A DNA stretch of 64,000 bases. It comes from Eledone cirrhosa (lineage: Eukaryota). The notes beneath the pieces were generated by a model. That model was not told where the DNA came from, searched no databases, and saw only the letters and a program-made list of their open reading frames with translations. Of the stretch, positions 1-12,212 are shown one piece after another. Each line of letters starts with the position of its first letter. The stretch's first letter is position 1. The stretch lies in contig OZ024741.1 in the NCBI GenBank assembly GCA_964016885.1, positions 64,046,001-64,110,000 of the forward strand, in the 5' to 3' direction. The position numbers and the translations under genes were made by a program.

Positions 1-2448
1 GTAAGGGTTGGGGGAAGAACGGGGTTGCATGTTCAGGAAGAGGTGTGGGGGGGGGGGTCGGAGTGTCTGTGCGTGTGTGGATAGAGGGGGGGAATCAGGA
101 GGCTGAGGGTGTAAATATGTGGTGGAAAGCACGCGTGTGTGGGGTTTAAGCGTGTTGTGGGTGTAGGTGGCGTGTGGAGAAAAAAATTGTTGGGGGGTGT
201 GTGGGTGGGTGAGTTATATAGGTGATTACGTAAGAGGATGGTTGAAAAGTTGGTAAAATCCGAAGGTGTTTAGTGGATTCTGTGGTGGTCAATTTCTGCG
301 TGCGAGTATTCCATGAAGCGATGGTCGGAAGAGGAGAGATGTGGGTTGCGCGCGCAACAGGAAGTGGTCAAACAGTGGGAGTGCTGTGTGTCTGTTTGTG
401 CTGGGAGGTGGTCAGAGGGAATAGCAGCAGTCGGTGGAATTGGTAAAGGGGCGAGGATGGGTAGGTGTGAAAGTTAGAGTGAGGAGGGTGTGTGTGTGTG
501 TATTAGTAGAGATGTTAGTGGGATGAGTGAGTGTGGAGCGAGGGTGTGGGTGGAGCGGGGAGAGAAGGGTGTGTGTGGTTCTATGGAGGGAGTGTGGTGT
601 ACTGGTGTGTGTGTAGTTTGATGAAGGGGTGTTAGTGGGTGTTAGTATACGGGAGGTGGGGAGGGGTTGAATGCAGGTGTGAGTGGGGGTTAGTGGTGGT
701 AGGGTGTGTAGAGTTGGTGGTGTACGAGGGTGTGTGGGTACGTGTGCGTGGGGTTGGGGGGTGTTAGTGATGTTAGTTGCGTGTGGGGTGGGTGGTGTAA
801 GTGGGTGCGTGTGTTCGTGTGCTTGGGGTTAGGGGGTGTTAGTGAGGTTAGTTGCGGGGTGGTGGGATGGAGGTGTGGGGTGAGAGGTGTGGGGGTGAGG
901 GTTAGTGGTGGTAGTAGGGTGTGTGTTTAGTGTGAGCGCGTGTATATATGTGCCGGTGGGTGTGTGCGTGTGATAAGGAGGGGGAGGAGGAGAAGAAGGG
1001 AGGGATGTTAGTATGTTAGTTGGGGAAGGGTGGTCAGATGAGGGGTGGAGTGGAGGTGTTAGTATTGTTAGTTGTGGGGTGGGCGGTGAAAAGGAGGGGT
1101 GTGTTAGTGGGGGATAAGTGTGGGGGGAGGGGGGCGGTCGAAGGCTAAAGGAATAAGGGTGGGGAGTTCAGGCCGGGAGCAGTGTGGGTCTGTAAGATGA
1201 AGATATTTCGTTGTTCGACCTAAGGCGATTGGCGGGTGTTCCGTGGCACTGGAGTAGCCACAGACTGTGAGATGGCGTGCGGAATGTCCAGGGCCACCAA
1301 AGTGGCGGGCGATGGGGGAACTACCCCGAGACGAATATCCCGGAGGTGCTCAGTGAATCGGTCCACCAGGCGACGTCCAGTCTATCCGTAGACTAGGTTG
1401 GAGGAGGTGCAGCGGAAGGCATGCCGGACAGAGAGCGAGTGGCCGTTGGGACCCTGGAAGGTGGTGGTGTTGGTGATGTGGGGACAGGTGTTGCAGCGGG
1501 GCCTAGAACAGGGAAAGGAACCGGAGGGGGGAACAGAGCGTGGGTTGGGGGTAGGGAGCTGTGGACGAGGAGGGTGCGGAGATTGCGTGCGCGTTTGAAG
1601 GAGGGGAGTGGTGGGGTTGGGAAGATGTGGGAGGTGGAGGGGTCTGACTGGAGGCGTCGGAAGAGGCGGCGGATGGTGCGGTGGAGGGGTGGTAGGTGAT
1701 GGGGAAGGGGAGACGGTGGGTGGGTGTGCGGTGGCGTGGGGTGAGGGTGGTGGAGCGGGGGACAGCACGGGCGCGGGTGAGAGCGGTGTGGACGAGAGAG
1801 GGGGGTAACCTCTGCGGATGAAATGGCTGACTAGGGAAAGGGCCTGGGACTCAAGTCAGCATCTCGGCTACAGAGGCGGCGGATCCTGAGAAGTTGGGAG
1901 TAGGGAATGGAGTGTTTAGTGTGGGTGGGTGGGAAGAGGTGAAGTCGAGGTAAGAGTGGGAGTCGGTAGGTTTGAAGAAGGCGGAGGTGACGAGGGAGTG
2001 GTGGGAGGGGTCGAAGGCGACGGAGATGTCTAAGAAGTGGACGTGGGTGGTGGAGATAGAGGTGGTGAAGTGGAGGGAGGGGTGGAAGGAGCAGAAGAAG
2101 GAGAGAAAGGAGTCGAGCTGTTCTCGGGTGAGGGTCCTGGCTCCGATACAGTCGTCAATGTAACGACCGTACAGTTCGGGCGTGGGGCCGGTGTACTGGG
2201 CAAAGATTTGGGCCTCAACAGGGCCAACAAAAAGGTTGGCATAGTTCGGGCCCATTCTTGTAGGAGAAAGTATGACCCCGACGGCAGAGGACAAGCCGTT
2301 TCGACGGCTAGTCCAGAAATAGCCGTCGAAACGGCTTGAGCTCTGCCGTCGGGGTCATACTTTTTCCTATTTCCCATTCTACTACCCTAAGTATTGAGTA
2401 CTCTGGTGCGTTATGGTCCATCTGGTTCCTTACCACAATTCCTTTGTT
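1..2448 (-). mobile_element. Penelope-like element (Neptune-type), 5'-truncated and decayed: RT C-terminus + GIY-YIG endonuclease, long C-rich 3' UTR running off the window start, fold-back pLTR piece at its 5' end
   Basis: RT motifs MGPNYANLF..YGRYIDDCIG..FLDI..KPTDSHSYL (1851-2257); Zn-knuckle CSRPRCNTC then NLVY(G*)TGRRLVDRFTEH (about 1330-1520); inverted repeat 2260-2369; ends in (TA)n. Confidence 0.9.
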
Positions 2449-2614
2449 ATATATATACATATATATATATATAGTTCTAGAAACGACAAGACTAACGCAG
2501 CGATACAAGAACACAAAGTCTTATTAGTATCATAGAAGTGACCGAAACCGCCCTGTTAGCGGTAGATCCTCTACTTTCACTCATATATATATACATATAT
2601 ATATACATATATAT

Positions 2615-2659
<45 letters not shown>

Positions 2660-2662
2660 CAC

Positions 2663-2694
<32 letters not shown>

Positions 2695-3079
2695 TTGAGT
2701 GTATGTGTGTGTGCGTGTGTGTTTGGCTTACACCGCATTGTACTTCAATACTGGAATAGCTTAAAGTCATAAAGCAGAAACAGAAATCTACTTAAACGAT
2801 AAATATAAAGGAACTATTGACGGGAGAATTGCTGTTTTGAGACGACGGCAATCGTAATATTGGAATCCTGCTTTTAAAACTAAAATTCTGCCTCGTCAAT
2901 ACTGGAATGTAAAGTGTCATACTTTATCTCACGCAACATCTCTCCATTTTAAGATTGAAATATGTTCTTAAATAGAACAAATTGTTTTCAAGCTGTTAGG
3001 ACAGTAATCATGCAATTGACTAGTTAAACATAATATATGTTTAACTACTCATCAACCAGCTATTAAGAACATATTTCAA

Positions 3080-3119
<40 letters not shown>

Positions 3120-3121
3120 TA

Positions 3122-3551
3122 TACAATATTAAATAAATGGAAAACTATATTTATAAAACCATATTTATTTCATTATATATATTTCGGGGATATCATATTA
3201 ACAATATGCTATGCCTTCATCAGACAAAATACAATATAAACAGTTTTATAGATAAATATATTCAACATACCGTAATAAACGTAAACCTCTTCAAATGAAG
3301 TTGATGTTTATTACGGTATGTTGAATATATTTATCTATAAAACTGTTTATATTGTATTTTGTCTGATGAAGGCATAGCATATTGTTAATATGATATCCCC
3401 GAAATATATATAATGAAATAAATATGGTTTTATAAATATAGTTTTCCATTTATTTAATATTGTAAATATACTCCAAATATTTGTCGAGTGCTTTTATATC
3501 AGTTATAAATATTTACTAGTTGTAACCCAACAATTTTAAATATAACTTTAC
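3122..3551 (+). mobile_element. Non-coding fold-back element in (TA)n: 159-bp inverted arms (3122-3280 / 3306-3464) plus an 87-bp tail
   Basis: Arms read as exact reverse complements; flanked on both sides by (TA)n; contains an HHR. Confidence 0.85.
3355..3420 (+). ncRNA. Minimal type I hammerhead ribozyme (mirror copy at 3166-3231 on -)
   Basis: Stem I tattttgt/atgaaata; core CTGATGA; long stem II; GAAA-T(ATAT)A-TA cleavage site with a palindromic tetraloop. Confidence 0.85.
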
Positions 3552-3601
<50 letters not shown>

Positions 3602-3768
3602 GGTCATTAAAATCTTCAGACTAATTAGAAAACACTCCACATCTTAGGGAAAAAATGAAAACACTAGTTCTTAACAGAATCAGTAATATTAAATCTGATT
3701 TAATTATTTAAACTACTTACCAAATAAAGAATACGTGTGGCGGAATACATATACTGTGTATGCTTATG

Positions 3769-3960
3769 CAGATCTGCCAACCTCTATAAACGCAAACGGG
3801 GAGTACCATGATAAAAGGTGTCCCAAAAGGGAGAGAAATGAGGCAAAATGAGATTTTACATAATAAAAGCTATACGCTTTTCACAAGAGAAGACATCACT
3901 CACCCACCCCAAAGTGGAAGTGGGTGGGAGAACGTCGGACGGCGAGATTTGATAGGTCTG
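3769..3960. mobile_element. About 190-bp MITE with CAGAyCTGyCAA terminal inverted repeats and a putative 7-bp TSD
   Basis: cagatctgccaa...ttgataggtctg; flanks gcttatg/gtttatg; two more copies at 37226-37759; absent from the paralogous segment at 5045-5227. Confidence 0.75.
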
Positions 3961-5759
3961 GTTTATGGGTATGTGCATGTGTGTCTTTGTCTGTTTGTGC
4001 ATGTGTGCAGTACTACACATTTGTTTCAGAATCATGTGATTAGATACAAAGTATATTTGATACGTCAAAACCCTATTTAGACATTGGGTAAAATAGGCGT
4101 CGATAAAATGAGTACAAGACAAAAACCCTTGAAAGTAGTGTCCTACCCAAACATGCCAATATAGTATTGACTGAAGACGTGGCTGCCATAAATTTTGAAA
4201 CATTGAACATATTTTTTTTTTCCTTTTAAGCAATCCAATAAATTGTATAACTAATTGTTTATTGAGCCCTTAGGTACTGATAGTGCCGTAAGGGCATCGC
4301 ATTGACATACGGCGTTTCTTGGGTACTTAATTTTCGAGGAGTCAATCTCTCAATAGGTTTTACCATATTCAATTTATTCTAGCGAATGAGAGGGAAATAA
4401 AGCAAGAGGGAAGGTATCGATAACAGTTTTGGAATGCTACTTTATTTATTGACACGAATGATGAAAGGTGGAATTTTAACTCACAGTGAAGAGAGCCGGA
4501 TCAGATACCGCAAATCGTGCGAACTGTAACGACATTGCAAGTTCGTGACGTTACTTATCAATCCATATAGAAACCAAAAATTAATTAAAAATCGCTTAAA
4601 ACGTTTTAACTTCAAGTATTTCCACAAAACTTCCGTGGTTTCAAGTTTCACGCTAGTTTAAGTTTAGAATTTACAAATAACAAATTGCAAAATTTGTTTC
4701 CACTCGTTTCCACTCGTAATTGCAGATGAATTCATGGTATTTTTGGTAGGATTTTGGTAGTTGCGACATTCAGTCACTGTTACTAACCCCTTGACGCTTA
4801 TTGGAATTATAGAGAAAACATCGTAACATTTTGGCATTTTAAACCGGACGATACGTATCCCTCTCCTAAAGCCAAGTTCTTCAAGAAAGAGAAGGAGAGA
4901 ATAAAATACCTCAGTACATAACTGATAGGTTATATTTCGACTCAGAAAGGATGAAAGGAAAAGTTGGACTCGGTGAGCTCTGAACTCATAGCACAGAAAG
5001 GCAGATCAAATATCACAAATCATTCTATCGAACACCCTATAACAGTTAAATTCAAATCTAATTTAACTATTTAAACTGCTTGCCAAATATAGAAAACGTG
5101 TGACGGGTTACATATGTGCCTGTGTCTGCATGTGGGTGAGTTTGTGCATGTCTGTGTGTTCGTCTGTGTGTGCAACACTACACACATCTGTTTTATAATC
5201 AAGATATTAGGTACAAAGTATATTTGAAATTATAGATGGAAAAATAACCGAGTGTATTTCTATAGTTTAACTCCAGGCGGCGGCTGGTCTTTATAGAAAC
5301 ATAACTTAGTGCCTAAATTGCTGTTATTCATACTGTGTGGAAGCTGTTAGCAGAGTATTCGATTCACGTTCGTTATACCGTGCGTTCAATTCACGACAGC
5401 ACGTTCTGTCCTCGAGCAAAACATTAAATGTCATGTTTCTCCATCCATGCATGGACGCACACACACACACATAATTGTAAGCACACATGTATCTATTAAG
5501 CGCACCTTAGAAATTGTAGAAGGGGTGCTTTTTACTCCTGATAGAATAGTAGGGGTACCGCACTAACACAGCCGATTTCTCCCAGAGAAAGAGAGAGCAA
5601 ACGTAAGAAAAAGAATAACGACCCCAGTACTGTATTGGTACTTTATGAATCGATCTCGAAACGGGTATATATCTTCTGTTTTGGGGGTTATTGGGAAACT
5701 TGGGCAGTGTCTGTCGCTCTGAACATTTTGGCAAAAGATGAGTCTGTCATCGTCGTTGT

Positions 5760-6140
5760 AGTGTTACGTATAGTGGTAGAGGTAGTGGTAGAGGTAGTGG
5801 TAGTGGTTGCAATAGAGGTAGTGGTAGTGGTAGCATTTTCATCGCTTGTCTCAGTGGCAAAAGAGGTGGTAGTCTTACACGCTGGTATGCTAGGGCCTGT
5901 CTACTGCAGTTGACATTGTTGTGTGTGGCGATGGTGGTGGTGGTGGTAATGGTGGTGTTGGTGTTGGTGATGTTGATGGTGGTGTTGGTGATGTTGATGG
6001 TGGTGGTGGTGGTGGTGGTGGTAGTGATGCTGCATGTGGTGGTGGATCTGCTGCTGCTGATGATGGTGGTGTTGGTGATATTGATGGTGGTGTTGACGCT
6101 AGTGGTGTTGGTGTGGTAGTGATAGTGCTGCTGCTGCTAT
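5760..6140. repeat. (GGT/GTT)n low-complexity tract
   Basis: Directly visible. Confidence 0.9.
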
Positions 6141-6287
6141 AAGCTGTAATATAATACTTTTAGTTGTTGACTTTAGTGTTTTATTGTGTTGGTGTGTTGT
6201 TCTGATTGTTTGCTAAGTTCAAAGTACAGCTTTTGTTAATGTTGCAGCTAATTTTGTTAATGTTGCAGCTAATTGCATTTTTTTCAG

Positions 6288-6305
6288 TTACCGGTGGCCT
6301 CTTGG
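6288..6305 (+). CDS. Candidate 18-nt frame-preserving micro-exon of an unidentified host gene (xTGGLLG in phase 1)
   Basis: Branch-like ctaat, TGC, T-tract, CAG | TTACCGGTGGCCTCTTGG | GTAAGT. Confidence 0.45.
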
Positions 6306-6396
6306 GTAAGTATCTTCGACTACAGTCTCTTTGACCAATAGTTTGTTATTGGGAATGAAAGATAGTATTCGAAATCTCTGCGGAATCTACTCTTAT

Positions 6397-6520
<124 letters not shown>

Positions 6521-6580
6521 CGTAAGATAAGAAAATTATAAAATTATAAAAAAATTATAAAATTGACTTACTAAAATATC

Positions 6581-6663
6581 ACTTCCAACTAATTAGTTTC
6601 TGGAATGGAGTAAATATATTTTCCGAAGAACATATAAAAAAAGCATTCCGTCGTTAGGAAAGT
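6581..6663 (-). ncRNA. Type I hammerhead, copy 1 (core mutated to CTAACGA)
   Basis: actttc-CTAACGA-c ggaatg..cattcc a-GAAA ctaattag TT-ggaagt on the minus strand. Confidence 0.65.
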
Positions 6664-7123
6664 CTCTTTTCATGTAAGTTTCCAGGCATAGCGAGGACTC
6701 TGGAAACTTATTAAAAAAATAATTCAGTGGAGAGGAAATAGCGAAGCGTGGACTGAAATCCTAGCCATTGAGAAAATCACTGTCTCTACGTCCGTGGCAA
6801 ATTCAAAAAGAATCAATCACGTGACATCGAGGTCAATCAGTGGAAAGCGAGTTGTTAATAAGACAGCGGCCTACCTACTACTATAGCAGCAGTCATGGCC
6901 AATATTGCTCGACAAATGAATTGGAGATAATTATAAAGAATTTATATCTAGTAACATTTATATACATACAGATGCATATCAATGCTAGCAAATATATAGG
7001 TTTTGTCTTAGTAACATTGTGGTTCAATGCATGGGGTTGCAGAACAATAATATGAGAGACGTAAGATAAGAAAATTATAAAATTATAAAAAAATTATAAA
7101 ATTGACTTACTTACTAAAATATC

Positions 7124-7205
7124 ACTTCCAACTAATTAGTTTCTGTAATGGAGTAAATATATTTTCCGAAGAACATATTGAAAAGCATTCCGTCGTCAGG
7201 AAAGT
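7124..7205 (-). ncRNA. Type I hammerhead, copy 2 (core CTGACGA intact)
   Basis: Stem I actttc/ggaagt; palindromic helix III ctaattag; GUU site. Confidence 0.8.
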
Positions 7206-7387
7206 CTCTTTTCATGTAAGTTTCCAGGCATAGCGAGGACTCTGGAAACTTATTAAAAAAATTATTCAGTGGAGAGGAAATAGAAACCCCATGCATTGAA
7301 CCACAATGTTACTAAGACAAAACCTATATATTTGCTAGCATTGATATGCATCTGTATGTATATAAATGTTACTAGATATAAATTCTT

Positions 7388-7473
<86 letters not shown>

Positions 7474-7476
<3 letters not shown>

Positions 7477-9976
7477 TGAGTCCTCGATATACGGTATATA
7501 TGCGTTTCCTGAAACCCCTACCTTATATCGAATTACCGTATAAAGAACCCATTGTAACATGAAATAGGTAGGGATGCGTTCCAGTACATCGAAAAGTCAT
7601 CCCTACAGAAAAGAAATAATGTTTTTTTTTTATTTACTGTACCTTACACATGCCGCGTAGTCCATCAGATGATGTGCCACTTCATTTGTCCCTCCCGAGG
7701 CTAAGGGACAGTATGGGTTTCAGCCCTTACTCATCTTGGGCTGAGTTGGCAGGGGAGGATGAGGGTGATGTGGGAGGCTCAAAACCAACAAACTCGTTGA
7801 CTGCAGTGGATGTTGAAGGGCCAGCTGTAGCACGGTTGGCAGGTGTGACTGGCTTGAAGAAAGAGTAGATGGAGTGCTGTTTAGCGGTGTTTCTTTTGGC
7901 TTCATGCATTTCTTGGTAAATCTTGACGCTTTTCTCGACGTCTTGAGCCACTTTGCTGCACCTATCAGGGTTGGGGTCACGCTCCTTCAGGGTTTCTAAG
8001 ATTGTTTCGATACTCCCGAGACATTCTCTTAGAATGTTCATGTCCAAGCCACGCACAGGTTCTTCCTCCTCCTCTTCTTCTTTTTCTGTCTCCTGTATCG
8101 CCTTGTCTAGTTCTATGAGTTCATCATTGGAGAGTCGTTCAGCGTGGCTTTCCAAAAGGTCTTGAACATCATCATCATTAACACCATCGAAGCCAGCTCT
8201 ATGGCAGAGATTTACAATATCTTTTTTTATCGCACCAATGTCTTCAGCAAAGCCTTGGAAGTCATTCACACATGCTGGCCATAATTTCTTCCATGCCATG
8301 GTAGACTGCTTCACTTCTTCCCAAGATGCCTTGATGTTATCTAAGCCGTGCTTGATGTTGTACAATTTCCACCATTCCCTGATTGTGGGCTTGTCAGGCC
8401 CATCTGTGCCCTTTATCAGCTGCTGCATGGTTCTCCGCTGGTAGTATGCCTTAAATGTTTTGATGACTGTTTGATCCATCGGCTGAATGAGAGCTGTGGT
8501 GTTTGGGGGGAAGAAACAAAACCTCAATATTTTCTGACCAGTCTTCCATTGCCCGTGGGTGGCTGGGGGTGTTGTCCACTAATAGCAGAAAACGGTTGGC
8601 AATATTGTTAGCTAATGCATATTCCTTAAGGGTTGGTGACAGATATGAGGTGAAAAACTCCTGGTGAATTGAAGTGATCAGCCATGCCTTCTTATTAGAC
8701 TTCCATATCACTGGTAGGTATTGCTTAAGTAACCCCTTGAGTGTTCTTGGAGTTTCAGAATGGTAGATAATGAGTGACTTTAGCTTTAAATCTCCTTCTG
8801 CATTCCCTCCAAGTAACAGAGTAATGCGGTCCTTTGAGGCTTTGAAACCCTTCACACTTTTCTCCTCCTTGTCAATTACTGGTATTACTGGTCATCTTTT
8901 TCCAATAAAGTCCTGTTTCATCATAATTAATAACCTGCTTTTTTCTGTACCCCTTCTCTGCAATGCATTTCTCTAACTCTGCCTTGAATTTTTCAGCACT
9001 CTCTTTGTCGGAACTGGCAGCCTCACCTGTAACTTTTATGTTGTGAAGACTCGAACGTCGTTTGAACTTATCAAACCAGCTTTTGCTTGCCTTGAATACA
9101 AAGTCCTCCACCCCCATTTCAGTCTTGAGCCTGTCAATAATAGACAATGCTTTCTCACTTATTACATTTAAAGACAGAGGCATATTTTGACGATTTTGGT
9201 CGTCGATCCAAATTTTGAGCAACCTTTCCATCCTATCCATAATCGGCCCACGATGTTTGGTCAACAATTTACTCTGTAGACTCGTAGCATTCTCCCCAGC
9301 TTTTTTTGACAGCCTCACTATTTTTTTAAAACAGTTCTGACTGTAGACTGGGCTAGGCCTAAGTTACGACATATGGCGGACGTACCTTTCCCCTGTTCCT
9401 TCCTTTTCAAAATGACCAGCTTTATCTCCAAAGTCAGGCTCTTTCTCATGCGTTTGGCCTTTCCATCTGCATCAGCAATATTCGCAGCACGTTTTGGGGC
9501 CATGAGATATGGGGATATAAGATAAGCCGTGATAATTATGCTCCAAAAACACGCCGTCGGGTTTTCTCTTACTTTGAATAATGTCATAACTCTTAACTGA
9601 TCACTTCAGTTCGGCAAATATTCTCTCACTGAGAGGACTCGCTAGTTTGCCGAACTGAAGTGATCAGTTAAGAGTTATGACGTCATCGATCGATATCTGA
9701 ACTCGCTCGTGATTGGCCAGTTTCTCGGTAAGGTCAGTTAGTACGATAGCTGTACTAACACAATTTTCCTAGAATTCGAATAGCAGTTAGTTTCCACGAA
9801 TTCAAGGGGGAATTTATTTCTTACTACAGGTGGCGCTACGGTACAATATAAACAAAACACGGCCAAAAACCGTATCTGTGAATTTATTTTACCGTAAATA
9901 GAATTGATGGTAGTAATTACCCAAAACCGTATCTGTGAATTTACCGGATAAAGAACTACCCTATATCGAGGACCCA

Positions 9977-9979
<3 letters not shown>
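7474..9979 (-). mobile_element. Full-length Tigger/pogo DNA transposon with TIRs, TA target duplication and a frameshifted transposase
   Basis: TIR cagtgagtcctcgatata / tatatcgaggacccactg flanked by TA; subterminal repeats aaaccgtatctgtgaattta. Confidence 0.95.
7727..9503 (-). pseudogene. Tigger/pogo (CENP-B-like HTH + DDE_1) transposase split over 4 frames
   Basis: MAPKR..RKSLTLEIK HTH, FKASKSWFDKFKRR, NYDETGLYWK, LLVDNTPSH, IQPMDQTVIKTFKAYY. Confidence 0.93.
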
Positions 9980-10037
<58 letters not shown>

Positions 10038-10134
10038 CAATTAGAGAGAGTTAGTTGATTTAGTATCAGCCGACTTTTATATAACAGATGTCAAGCACTC
10101 AATGATATATGTTTATCCGGAGTTTTGTTATAAT

Positions 10135-10324
10135 AATTGTTTCTACTTTTGGCACAAAGCCAGCAATTATCCCAGTGTATTACTGGTACTTTATTTTATC
10201 GACCCCGTAAAGATGAAAGGCAAAGTTAACCTCGTCGGGATCTGAACTCAGACCATAAAGGGCCGTAACTCTTTGCTGCAAAGCACGGCGCCCGACCCTC
10301 TGCCGATACTGCCAATCCACCGCC
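10135..10324 (-). mobile_element. tRNA-derived SINE, short-tail subfamily
   Basis: A-box tggcagtatcgg, B-box gagttcagatcc, conserved body gcctttcatc..ggggtcgataaaataaagtaccag; many copies in the window. Confidence 0.9.
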
Positions 10325-10407
10325 TTGTTATAATTATTATAATAATAAAATACTAAAAAGACAGTTATTTTATTATACATATTTCGAAGTTGTATAGTTT
10401 ATGTAGA

Positions 10408-10518
10408 ATTGTTTCTACTTTTTGGCACAAGGTCAGCAATTACCCAGTGCATTACTCGTACTTTATTTATCGACTCCGTAAGTATGAAAGGCAAAGTTAA
10501 CCTCGGCGGGATTCGAAG
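10408..10518 (-). mobile_element. Same SINE, truncated next to the PLE fragment
   Basis: 3' half only. Confidence 0.8.
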
Positions 10519-10519
10519 T

Positions 10520-11243
10520 CTTTTTTAAACCGGTCGAGGTCGTGACCACTTTTATGGCTTGATAGCAACACCCCACCAGGGTGCTCTTGCCGTAAGCCCG
10601 AAGCTTGTCCCCTTCAGCAGCAATGCAACACACCCGCTCTAATTTATGAAGCTGTGGTCACTTCCAACCGACCAAATCAACCACAGGAGGTCAAATCCTA
10701 TGTGGGTATGGCGAAGGGCCGATTTAAGGAACGCTTCCTGAACCGCCAGTCGACCTTTAGGTACCCGGACAGACGTTCATCCACGAAACTCGCGAGCCAC
10801 GTATGGTCCCTCAAGGACTCAAGTATAGACTACTCCATCCAATGGAAAGCCATCACTAAGTCCAAGCCATACGCAAGGGGAAATCCGTCGTGTGGACTAT
10901 GTATTGATCAACGAATAAATATTCTAAAGAGATTATGCAATAGTGATTGTCTAAACACGAGAAATGAATTCTTCACACGTTGTCCACACGTCTCGAAACA
11001 CCTCTTACACAGCAACATCCTAATTTTCTTATCAACTAGAAACTTTTCGGACTTTCGCAGTTATCTCCCTTAAACCTCTCGTACGCTTTTTAGTATTGCC
11101 TGTGTGAAGTGACGGTTTCTGGGCATGCGCGTTCGTACGGTTGTCCTTCCTGTTCCGTATAACTATGTCCATTACGGCTGAGGATCCGCTAAGGTGAAAC
11201 AATTGTTCTCGGTATGGTGAACTAACTGTTGTGTAACCACTTC
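10520..11243 (+). mobile_element. Naiad-type PLE 3' fragment: GIY-YIG endonuclease + 3' UTR with HHR, ending in (TA)n
   Basis: CSCRKPEACPLQQQC..LIYEA..SYVGMAKGRFKERF..TKLASHVW..CGLC..LNTRNE..RCPH. Confidence 0.85.
11169..11217 (+). ncRNA. Minimal type I hammerhead
   Basis: CTGAGGA t-cc gctaa gg-t GAAA C(AATT)G TT; imperfect stem I. Confidence 0.7.
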
Positions 11244-12070
11244 TATATATATATATATTTGCTACAACATTGACGGATGAGGGAACATTCAAAGAACAAA
11301 TAATAAATAGTGTGGATGGGAAGAGGTAGAATCCATTCTGAGAGAAAAAAAACAGGCATTTATACCAATTAATGAACCTCTGTCGGTTTCGGCAATGAGT
11401 CTTCCAATTGTTCAATCGAAGGAAAACATTTTTCATGAAATTAACGTGCAAATGGCTAAGAATTCTACTGACACGTGTAGCCTTAACGTAATTCACGGGA
11501 GGTTCAGCGAGAAACTGTGTGACAAGGCTAGCCTTTGAATTACAGGTACAGTCTCCATCTGCTGACATGGCATGGATCAACACGAGGCTATGGCAAATGG
11601 CACTTACTCAAGACGCCACGCAGTAGGGCCGAACCTAGGACCTAATTATTTCGAAGTGAACTTTTTCCCATTCGGCTACGCTACGTCCATATATGAAGCA
11701 AAATCATATTACAAGAAAACAAAATACAGTTTCAAACGTAATTTTCATATGTAATCCATTATTTTCTGACACGTCAAAAATATCTGGAGTTATATTGATT
11801 TGGAGATTATTAAATGACCTGGTTAGAGATTGCAATGTTTATTTCCATTATAGAAAAGAAATACACAAGAGTGCACATGGCATGAAGTTCCTGATGCATT
11901 CGCTCATGTCAGCTGGTGTGAGAGCGACAAGCTGATAGACTTCGGCATATTCTTAAAACTTCACAAGCTTATCCTCATTCTGCCACATACCGAATGACTC
12001 TGATTGTTATATGAGATGGGATTTGAACTCATAATGCACAGATGCCGCAAAGCATCTCGTTCGTCTATAG

Positions 12071-12212
12071 CAGGTTTTCCCAAACTTTTTAAAACGCGGA
12101 ACTCTTTTATCTTCAGAAACGTTTGGTCGTAATATATATATACTCCGCTACCTTTTTTCACGGAACGCCATACACTCCTTTGCGAAACCCTTGGGTTCTG
12201 CGGAAACCACTG
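12071..12212. mobile_element. Degraded hAT/Charlie-like MITE
   Basis: caggttttcccaaac...gaaaccactg termini; no clean TSD. Confidence 0.4.

Noticed and set aside
4171-4210. CTGAAGA..GAAA hammerhead-like words
   Set aside because: No stem I or helix III/NUH pairing.
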